This document shows, piece after piece, positions 56,531-64,000 of a stretch of DNA of 64,000 bases. The DNA comes from a virus, in IMG/VR virus record IMGVR_UViG_3300009034_000014, positions 1 to 64,000 of that record. One strand, written 5' to 3'. Below the pieces are notes generated by a model. It saw only the letters and a list, made by a program, of their open reading frames with translations, was not told where the DNA came from and searched no databases. The position numbers were made by a program, and so were the translations under genes. The stretch's first letter is position 1. Each line of letters starts with the position of its first letter.

Positions 56531-57588
56531 ATCTCCCAGGAGCCCGCCTCGACCGAGACGTCGACAGTGCAACGTCAGCGGAAATGGTAACTCGGCAAAG
56601 CCACGCCAGCGCCTGCCAGCGCCGCTGACTCCTTCATAGGTCCGCGTCCCTTGGTCGGCGATAGCGATCTCAACCAGCCGAGTCTTTCCTTTGATTCTCC
56701 AATGAACGGGTGCGCACGCTTTACGCCCTCTGGTGATCGCGCTCTGAGTTCCCGTTGCATCACGCCCATCCCTTGCTCGACCGTGAACACTTTTCCATCC
56801 ATATGCGAGCAGATCTGACACGTCCTAGCGTCCATCACGGCTGAAATCTCGTATCGCACCGCACCGTAATCCGCCATGCTCCTGATCTGCCCGAACGCCC
56901 TCGCAGTCGTCGCAGCATTCGCAGCCACGCCCTCGAAGTACTGCGCAGCCGACCCGTGCCAGCCTCCGGGAGTGGAGAACACGCCGAGCGATTCAGTAAG
57001 ACGTTCCCTAATTAGCGAACCAGCGAGTCGGCGATCCGTCCCCGCTTCAACCATGGTCTCCTTCGCTGTGTTCGCTATTGTGCTACCTATGTTCTCGTCG
57101 TAGTGTTCACCGATCCAGAAAGTCTGGTGATCGGCGAGTGTGGCTGCCGCCTCTTCGTCCACGAGATCAAAAGCGGGCATGACCTCGGAGAATACCGGCT
57201 CTGCCTTGGCCACCTCCGCTTGTAGGTTGGCCGTCGAGTACGCCAGTGGTGCGCGGGTGTGCTTGGTGGCCTTCTTCCACCCCGCGATGCGCGCTAATCG
57301 GTAGATCTTTTGCTGCGTCTCGATGTGACGGGGCAAGACTTCTTTCGCCCATTTATCCATCTCGCGCTCGACGGCCTTGGCGATCACCGAAGCGGGCTTC
57401 AGTTGTGCGGCGAGTGCGGTAGCTTGCTTGACGGCCTTGCGGGAGTGCGCGTTCCACTTGGCCAGCAGGTAGCGTCTGAGTTGAGTTTCGAGCCGGGCGA
57501 TGCGTGCGACTTCGGATAGCCGAAGGGCTTTGGTCAGCAGGTCATCGACGGCCATGACTCCGTCGTAGTATGTGTCCAGCGCAGTCAT
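56527..57588 (-). CDS. MuF/SPP1-gp7-like minor head protein with in-frame UGA at 56577-56575
   Basis: D.RTCQIC...DGK and P.YHFR*RCT. Reading through gives a stop at 56529-56527 that overlaps the next start. Confidence 0.85.
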
Positions 57589-57599
57589 CTAGTCTTGCC

Positions 57600-57905
57600 T
57601 CAGACTTCAGCCGATTCAAGCATTCCGATTTCCAACAGCGACTTGCCGAAATGTTTACGTGCCAAACCGTCAAGATGCCGCAATACCCGCTCGAGGCTCC
57701 CGAAGAGAATCCAGTAGCCCGGAAAGTGCTCAGCAACGCCATGAGTGGTCATCCGGTCCTCCATCTCCCGCAGCAGATCGAACCGGTAAGACGCCGATTC
57801 CGTGAAGCGCACGATCTGTCTGATGCCGAGCCATTCGGATCGTGGTTCTTCTTCGGAGATTTCAACGCCGATCCGTGCCAGAGCTTTCGTTTCGATCTCG
57901 TCCAT
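57600..57905 (-). CDS. Hypothetical protein
   Basis: Between portal and MuF. Confidence 0.6.
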   Translation of the reverse strand: MDEIETKALARIGVEISEEEPRSEWLGIRQIVRFTESASYRFDLLREMEDRMTTHGVAEHFPGYWILFGSLERVLRHLDGLARKHFGKSLLEIGMLESAEV

Positions 57906-57906
57906 C

Positions 57907-59694
57907 TCAGCCTTCCTCGGTCGCTTCCTCAACCTCTTTCCGCCAGCGCTCCTCCATCTCGTCGCGCATCTTCATCAGCCGTTCCACAAGCTCCTCATCG
58001 CTGGCTCCGCGATCGAATAGCGGGATGTCGGCGCTGGTCAACTTCTCTATAACCTCAAGAGCTTTCAGCGCAGTTACAGTTTGTCCCGGCTCAGATGCGT
58101 CACCTAAGTTTTTCACACGTTCTGCCATGGTCAGGCTGAATGGCACGTCCTGCGGGAAATCATCCGGGAATGGTGGGAGCTCAATACCGAAGATGTCCTC
58201 TAGAGCTTTGCGTGCGATCCTTGGCGTCATGCCTCCGGTTTTCTCCGCACCGGCCAGAATGCGTACCAGCTCCGTGTTGTCCGTGGTGTTCGGGCTGTTG
58301 CTCTTGAATAAGTGGTAGCGCACGTCCATTGCCGGAAAGATCCTCCGATTAATTAACCTATCGAACTCGTCTCGCTCGGGTGCGAAGACCTGTTCATCGG
58401 CCAACCTCCGTGATACTTCAGCCGTAGCGCGATTGAAAGTTTCCATTGCTCCGAGGAATAGTTGCGAAAGCCTGAATGCCCGCCGGATCTTCTCGCGGTT
58501 GTTCTTGCTGTACTCCTGGAACAAGGCGTCCTTAATCTGAGCCTGTGTGAGCGGCTTCGCTTCGAGCTTCACCTGGCCAGGCTGCTCGCCATCTGTATCT
58601 GGAGATTCGGCCTCGACCACGATGAACTTAGAATAATTATCCGATCCCTGAACATGGCTCTGGGCGAAATCAGTGAGTCGATCTATGCTCGCCTGCGTCA
58701 ACTGCCCACCTGAGACTAGGACAAACATGCTCGGCATATTGTTGTTCCGAATCGTCACGAAGTTAATTTCCTCCCCAGCGCGATCTCCGAAGATGGAAAG
58801 AAGATTCCCGATGGTATGCGGTAGCCCGTAGGGGCTGCGCGGGGAGTAGAGCTTCAGGTGAACTACCTCGTTCGCTCGGCGATCTTCAGGAATCGGTGTT
58901 TTGCCGCTTACCAGCTTGCCTGTCTCGTCCTGTATCAGCTCGCCGTTCTCGTTGTCGTAGATCCGGGGATCCCCGAATTCCTTGAACCAGCGCGTCTCCA
59001 GGCTTCCGGTAACAGAGAGGTTGCGCCGCGTAGTTAGCCGCGTCTGCACAAAGCGCCGGAAGCGCTTCCAGGTTGGAACGGTCTCGATATCCACAGCGCC
59101 GTTGCCGAGGATGCGGTAGATTGGGATCCTGACCTTTATGGGATCTCGATCTTCCGGGCTAAGGTGCATCTGGTAGCTCGGGAGGTGGTTGAATGCCTGG
59201 ATCTTGCCCGCTACGTTCCGTATGATCTCGAACTCCGCGTTGCCAGTGGTTTCGAGATCTACGCGTAGCTTCCTTCGGAACATGACGAAAGAGTCGTCAC
59301 CGGCCGCGTACAGAAAGAAGTTCTCCAACTCAAGCCGTTCCTTCTCGATCTTCTTGGCAAGATCCTTGGCATCGCTGATCTGCTCCGGCTTCAGGCGCGA
59401 CACCAGACGGTGACCGAAGCCCTCGATATTCACTTCCATGGCGGAGATACACGGTCCTAGCTCCGTGTTCGTCTCCAGGAGCATGGCGAGCTGTAGCAAG
59501 TCGAAAGGCGGCTCTACGATCTGCCCGGCGTCTATCAGCGACTCGATGTAGTCCTCGGGCAACTCCTTGGTCTTGCCCGGCTCGGTTTCTCGTTCCTGCT
59601 TCACCATCGGGATCACCAGGGCGCGGATCTTCGTTAGATTCTGCTCCGCGCTCTCGTTCACGAACTCTCGAACTTGCGCTTTGGATTCAGTCAT
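57907..59694 (-). CDS. Portal protein
   Basis: DLETTGNA, NEVVH, SPYGLP, N..P, IR.AF.L. Confidence 0.9.
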   Translation of the reverse strand: MTESKAQVREFVNESAEQNLTKIRALVIPMVKQERETEPGKTKELPEDYIESLIDAGQIVEPPFDLLQLAMLLETNTELGPCISAMEVNIEGFGHRLVSRLKPEQISDAKDLAKKIEKERLELENFFLYAAGDDSFVMFRRKLRVDLETTGNAEFEIIRNVAGKIQAFNHLPSYQMHLSPEDRDPIKVRIPIYRILGNGAVDIETVPTWKRFRRFVQTRLTTRRNLSVTGSLETRWFKEFGDPRIYDNENGELIQDETGKLVSGKTPIPEDRRANEVVHLKLYSPRSPYGLPHTIGNLLSIFGDRAGEEINFVTIRNNNMPSMFVLVSGGQLTQASIDRLTDFAQSHVQGSDNYSKFIVVEAESPDTDGEQPGQVKLEAKPLTQAQIKDALFQEYSKNNREKIRRAFRLSQLFLGAMETFNRATAEVSRRLADEQVFAPERDEFDRLINRRIFPAMDVRYHLFKSNSPNTTDNTELVRILAGAEKTGGMTPRIARKALEDIFGIELPPFPDDFPQDVPFSLTMAERVKNLGDASEPGQTVTALKALEVIEKLTSADIPLFDRGASDEELVERLMKMRDEMEERWRKEVEEATEEG

Positions 59695-59738
59695 TGCCGA
59701 ACGCCTCCTCCTCGGCTATTGCAGTTGATCATACGATA

Positions 59739-61220
59739 TCATATCAAGCCGGGTTCTGTCTCGCGAACTTTTTTTCTTCTTCCCTTCTTCTTTCTTGCCC
59801 GGTTGGCCAAGTCAAATGCGTCAAGCCCGTCCCGGTAACGGTAGCCAGGAAACAAGACGAACTGGTCGATCAGTGGATCCATGTTCTTACGGAAGAAAAC
59901 GCGCTTCTCATCGAACAACGGCGTGAGCTTCAGAGCGCGTGTCATCTTGTCCTTGTCGGTGTGGATCGGCACGAAACGGTAGTCCTTGTCCAAGTGCTTC
60001 ACCTGCTGGTAGAACGCCTTCTGGTACGCGTTGGACTCCACGCCGGCGCGTATAGGATCGTGCTTCTCGTACATCTTGATCCCGCGTTCTATTTGCTTCG
60101 GGAATCCGATGTGCTTTAGGTAGTAGTCCAGTACGTAGATGTTCCCGGCCTTGTCCTCGCCGATAGTCACGTTCGCGTACTGCGCGTTGTCCCGTTGGTC
60201 TGTCTCGCTCACGGCCAGATCGTTGCCCTGGAAAATCATCAGGTCGTCTGGTATCTGGGAATCATCGATCTGCTGGCAATCGTCATAGTGGAATACCTCG
60301 CCCTTCATTGCGTCGGTGTCGTTTTGATATTGGGAGTTGAATACGATCAAGCCAGACTTCCGACGCTTTTCATCAAACCATGTAGGTGGATGTTTCTCCG
60401 GCCACGGAGATCTTCCCTTCGCGTCAAGTCCTAGAATAATCTGATGGTGAACAGCCAGTTCATTGCAGATCAGATGTCCATACAGATCGTCGTAGTGGTA
60501 GCGCGTGCCGAGTCGATGGTGCTCACCTCGATGAGGAACGCTTGGGTCTGGAGGCTCCAGACAGGGATCTAGCGTCTTATAGTACCAGGTCCGAACTTTG
60601 TCCCGCATGTACTTCGTGCGACTATTCTCATCGTCCACCAGATCGTCAGATATAATTACGTCGTAGTGCTTGGAAACGATGGTGCCGTCGACGCCCGCGC
60701 AGGTGATGGAAGCTTCTTTCGCCGCGATCGTACGCGGGACGACCTCTATTTCCGATTCGTCCCACTTCGCGACCTTCTGCGGATTATAGTATTCGCCGAA
60801 GACTTCCAGCAGCCGCTTGTTGTTCTCGAAGTGAGCCTTCACCTCCTTGAGAAAACCCTTGCTGTTAGTCGTGGTCTTGCTCGCGAAAAGAATTCTCAGA
60901 TTGGGATTTTTCAAAAGGTAGTGAATTGTTTTCGCGATCGTGCAAGTGGTGGTTTTTCCAGAGCCACGATACGAAAGTTGCAGGCTGTCTGGGTGCCTGA
61001 ACTGGAACTTCTGCATCGCGAGGTGGAAGGGCTGCACCTCGTAGCCCAGCACCTCGGTGGACAGCAGATCTATCCGGTTGTGATCGACGATCGCCCGGCG
61101 TAGGACCTCATTACCTATCGAACGGTAGTGCTGGTAGATCTCGACTAGCTGTTCCCGGTCTGCATTCTGGAGAGCAGCCGGATCCCCGGAGATCAGCGGA
61201 GCGGCGGATTCCGATACCAC
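59739..61220 (-). CDS. terL: Terminase large subunit
   Basis: RGSGKTT, IISDDLVD, GTRYH..DLYG, QYQN, VESNAYQ, DK..RA, DGLDA. Confidence 0.93.
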   Translation of the reverse strand: MVSESAAPLISGDPAALQNADREQLVEIYQHYRSIGNEVLRRAIVDHNRIDLLSTEVLGYEVQPFHLAMQKFQFRHPDSLQLSYRGSGKTTTCTIAKTIHYLLKNPNLRILFASKTTTNSKGFLKEVKAHFENNKRLLEVFGEYYNPQKVAKWDESEIEVVPRTIAAKEASITCAGVDGTIVSKHYDVIISDDLVDDENSRTKYMRDKVRTWYYKTLDPCLEPPDPSVPHRGEHHRLGTRYHYDDLYGHLICNELAVHHQIILGLDAKGRSPWPEKHPPTWFDEKRRKSGLIVFNSQYQNDTDAMKGEVFHYDDCQQIDDSQIPDDLMIFQGNDLAVSETDQRDNAQYANVTIGEDKAGNIYVLDYYLKHIGFPKQIERGIKMYEKHDPIRAGVESNAYQKAFYQQVKHLDKDYRFVPIHTDKDKMTRALKLTPLFDEKRVFFRKNMDPLIDQFVLFPGYRYRDGLDAFDLANRARKKKGRRKKVRETEPGLI

Positions 61221-61234
61221 AGGGAATAGACCTG

Positions 61235-61618
61235 CTACTTACGCCGCTCATTGAAGCCCGATACGTAGATCCGGCAGTCCTGGGTCGCCGCCACTCCAGC
61301 GATCACGGAAACGAACATGACTCGCCCGTTGCATTCCACCGTAACCTCGTAGGGCTCGCCCGCGCCCTTGCCCGCGAAGGCCAGAGCCGAGTGCTCGCTG
61401 ACGAATGCCGCCGCCTTCTCGCTCCAGAAAAAGACTTCGATCGACGGATTAGGATCATTCGCGTCCGGGATGACTTGGATATTCGCGCTCTGGAATCCAT
61501 GCATGTTGATTCCGTGAGCCTTGACCGTTTCCGGCGGGGTATCGTTCGCGTCCTTCACGTACCGATGGAGAGCGTAGTCCGGCGCGTGCGAAGGTGACCT
61601 CTTGGTTTCTTCTGACAT
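61235..61618 (-). CDS. Hypothetical beta-rich protein
   Basis: GGAGG RBS. Confidence 0.65.
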   Translation of the reverse strand: MSEETKRSPSHAPDYALHRYVKDANDTPPETVKAHGINMHGFQSANIQVIPDANDPNPSIEVFFWSEKAAAFVSEHSALAFAGKGAGEPYEVTVECNGRVMFVSVIAGVAATQDCRIYVSGFNERRK

Positions 61619-61657
61619 GTCTTGAACCTCCTACCTAGTGAGTCACCGAGGCTCACC

Positions 61658-61719
61658 GAGACGGACTGGCGCGGGGAAGAGAAAGAAAGCCGCAAAGAAA
61701 CCCCACGCCAGCCCGTCTC
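61658..61719 (-). other. 19-bp intergenic hairpin with 24-nt pyrimidine-rich loop
   Basis: Arms 61658-61676 and 61701-61719 pair with G-U on the minus strand. Confidence 0.55.
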
Positions 61720-61737
61720 CCCGAGCCAGGGTCGCTG

Positions 61738-62046
61738 CTACTCGTGCGCCTCGTAGTGGCACAGTTCGCCAGCCACATTCAGATCCGTGTCTGCCCCGAA
61801 CGTGAAGCCGTTGGCCCGCGGCGTGATGCCCAGCGAGGTCAGTACGCTGATGTCGCCGTCGACCGAGGTCTTGACGCCTGCTGCGTCGGCCATGCCGCGG
61901 AACCACTCGATCCGGACCTTGCCACCGGACGCCACATTGACCACGCGCACCAACTTGGGCCTGAAGCCCACCTTGTCGATGTTGAGAGCGGCCCCCGTGC
62001 CGTGGAATGCGCCTTGCGCGACTCTGTTTATTCCGGAACCCATCAT
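61738..62046 (-). CDS. Small putative virion protein, tandem paralog 2
   Basis: Aligns end to end with 62061..62366. Confidence 0.8.
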   Translation of the reverse strand: MMGSGINRVAQGAFHGTGAALNIDKVGFRPKLVRVVNVASGGKVRIEWFRGMADAAGVKTSVDGDISVLTSLGITPRANGFTFGADTDLNVAGELCHYEAHE

Positions 62047-62060
62047 ACACCTCCTACGCC

Positions 62061-62366
62061 CTACTCGTGGGCCTCGTAGTAGATGATCTCACCGGAAATG
62101 TTCACGTTCGCATCCGCTCCGATCGTGAACCCCCGAGCCCTCGGCGTGATTCCGTCTGCGGCAATCACGCTGATGGTTCCGTTGGTGACTGTCTTCACCG
62201 CCGCGGCGTCGGCCATGCCCGCGAACCACTCGAAGCGCGACAGTCCGGTCGCTCCCGCGTTCACGACACGGACAAGCTTCGGGCGGAAACCCACCGTATC
62301 AACGTTCATGGCCGAACCAGTACCGATCACGGCACCCACTACGATCCTGTTTACTCCTGAACCCAT
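62061..62366 (-). CDS. Small putative virion protein, tandem paralog 1
   Basis: GTG...VGFRPKLVRVVN...EWF.GMADAA...GITP...GFT.GAD...YEAHE. Confidence 0.8.
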   Translation of the reverse strand: MGSGVNRIVVGAVIGTGSAMNVDTVGFRPKLVRVVNAGATGLSRFEWFAGMADAAAVKTVTNGTISVIAADGITPRARGFTIGADANVNISGEIIYYEAHE

Positions 62367-62469
62367 CGTTCACCTCCTATTAGTGAATCGCCCTCTTGAC
62401 AGCGTTGACACTGGGTATCAGATGCCAAGCCTGTGCCCACATGAGCACTGGAGGACTGGTTAACAAACA

Positions 62470-64000
62470 TCAATACGGCCTCCCATTCTGATTACAATTA
62501 CACGGAGGTTGCCCCGAGCTGAAGCCTTTATTCGGCCACACGAAAGCGCCGGACGGATATGGACTCAGATGGATCTCTGAATTGTGTCCATCGATAGCCC
62601 CGCTATACCCGACTAGAATCTCGCTTCCAGCCCCATCCTGCACACTGGCACCTGCTACGCTCCAGTCGTACCAAGTGTCGTTGGCCCTGTTGTAGTGGTG
62701 CCCAATGGCGGTGCTCGCATTATCATGACAAACCTCTATATATTTCCAATCACCAGCCGTAAATTCTGTATTTGTCACTGCTAGTACGGATTGCACCGAT
62801 ACGCCGAGGCTATTATACACACGAAACCTCAGAACATTATCAGGTGCATCTCGGATAAACCACAGGTTGTTGTTCCCGGCAGTCCCTACCGCATATAAGA
62901 AATATGTGGTTGCTCCCGGCTCCCACCAATCAGTGTACGCCCATATCGCTGCACAGAACCCGTTCTCCCACCCGTACTCTGCGTCGATATCCGACCAACG
63001 AGCCAGAGGATTATCAAACCGGTAGTCGCGAGCATTGTATGTCGTCGTCCCAGCACCTGTCGGGTTCTCGACCCAAGGGGTGTGATACAGCGCTGCCTTC
63101 AACGAAAAACTATCCACCAGTATGTCTGCCGCGCCGACGGACAAGACTACCAGTCGGCAACCGACGGTGCTAGCGTCTGTCGTGAATCCGCCTCCGTAGT
63201 AGTTCCAGATCGCCTCGGGGATGTCTTTGTCTTGAAAAATGTAGTTCGTGGTCACCAACGTCGTGCACGATGCGCCGCTGTATTCCTGTACCGCGAAATC
63301 CACGCTGGAAACATTCTTCCTCATCTCCTTGAAATCCGCGTACGCGAAGTACGCCGTGGATCCCGAGCAAGCCACGCACTGATCTATTTGAGCGTTGGAA
63401 GTGGTGCCCGTGGTCTTCAATCGGAACGCGAGATCTCCGTGCTTCGTGTCGGCGCGGTACGCGGAGATCGCGCTCGTCCCGTCTCCCGCGACTTCCGTCT
63501 CCGTCCAGTCCGGCCAGTCTGGCGCGTCGTCTCCGCCAGATGGAGACTCCCCTGAGTTGTCCACGATGGTCTCGGTGTACTGCCCGTACGTCGCCATCGT
63601 GCCCGTGCCCTCGGCTTGGCAAGCTACGGGTGTTCCCGAGCGACATTTCTGCGTTGAGCAGGTAGAGTGAGATGCTGCCTGGGTGCAAGTGCTGACATAA
63701 AATCCATCGCCATGAGATGTGCCGGGAAAATACGGGTTGTTCCATTTGTTAGACTCAACGTCAGTAAGAGGTTTGTCCCAATAGGCGCATTCAAGATAAT
63801 CGCCATATCCTGGATTAGCACCATTGCTTTCAGCACCAACCACGAGTGCGAGACTACTATCCCGTATAGGCCCCTGACCAACCAGGTCAGAACCTACCGC
63901 TGCGTTATTCATATACAAGTACACATTGCTCGATCCATCCCCCAAAAACTTATAGGTGCCCACAAATGATGTTAGTGCATTTTGTACCAGAACATTACTA
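62470..64000 (-). CDS. LamG/ConA-like lectin-domain virion protein; 5' end lies outside the window
   Basis: Frame open to the window edge; YLYMN...L.VGA...AYWDKPLT LamG-like ending; Trp/Cys-rich beta domains. Confidence 0.7.
   Translation of the reverse strand, partial: SNVLVQNALTSFVGTYKFLGDGSSNVYLYMNNAAVGSDLVGQGPIRDSSLALVVGAESNGANPGYGDYLECAYWDKPLTDVESNKWNNPYFPGTSHGDGFYVSTCTQAASHSTCSTQKCRSGTPVACQAEGTGTMATYGQYTETIVDNSGESPSGGDDAPDWPDWTETEVAGDGTSAISAYRADTKHGDLAFRLKTTGTTSNAQIDQCVACSGSTAYFAYADFKEMRKNVSSVDFAVQEYSGASCTTLVTTNYIFQDKDIPEAIWNYYGGGFTTDASTVGCRLVVLSVGAADILVDSFSLKAALYHTPWVENPTGAGTTTYNARDYRFDNPLARWSDIDAEYGWENGFCAAIWAYTDWWEPGATTYFLYAVGTAGNNNLWFIRDAPDNVLRFRVYNSLGVSVQSVLAVTNTEFTAGDWKYIEVCHDNASTAIGHHYNRANDTWYDWSVAGASVQDGAGSEILVGYSGAIDGHNSEIHLSPYPSGAFVWPNKGFSSGQPPCNCNQNGRPY

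Noticed and set aside
56531-56821. N-terminal extension of polyprotein A given by the ORF track
   Set aside because: Overlaps MuF out of frame; the RBS and stop/start coupling favour ATG 56530
62396-62425. Plus-strand promoter from tandem TTGACA boxes
   Set aside because: No properly spaced -10 element and no plus-strand gene downstream
1-64000. Genome-wide UGA reassignment (alternative genetic code)
   Set aside because: Many genes end at TGA with ATGA/TGATG coupling; only the MuF UGA falls in a conserved motif
1-64000. tRNA genes, integrase or att sites
   Set aside because: No cloverleaf or T-loop signature and no recombinase motif was recognised by eye; lifestyle cannot be determined from this window

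Overview
The window is a 64-kb segment of a GC-rich, contractile-tailed (myovirus-type) phage or prophage. Every convincing gene is on the minus strand except one vsr. In transcription order (right to left) it holds: a LamG-like virion protein, terminase large subunit, portal, MuF/gp7 minor head protein, two giant multi-enzyme polyproteins (ASCH-like + 2H phosphoesterase + Dam-type MTase + nucleotidyltransferase; and C5 MTase + ATP-dependent DNA ligase + LigD-type phosphoesterase domains + XkdF-like protease) separated by a divergent vsr, scaffold, major capsid, neck/tail/baseplate/fiber genes with two NUMOD3 homing-endonuclease genes, a lysis cassette, a sigma54/IHF-driven operon (SNF2 helicase, MoxR-vWA), recombination/replication genes (YqaJ, initiator, DnaC-like, SMC-like ATPase, RuvC-like) and many small accessory genes. 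Four observations stand out. (1) Four sequence-unrelated leader elements share one architecture: sigma70 promoter, leaderless AUG, then a long hairpin whose loop is antisense to that AUG region. (2) The head-module polyproteins look like protease-processed capsid cargo, with the protease split across two genes. (3) MuF has an in-frame UGA at its conserved Cys, followed by a SECIS-like hairpin. (4) Several mini-ORFs look like in-frame gene-deletion scars. All family calls come from motif recognition by eye; no database searches were run.
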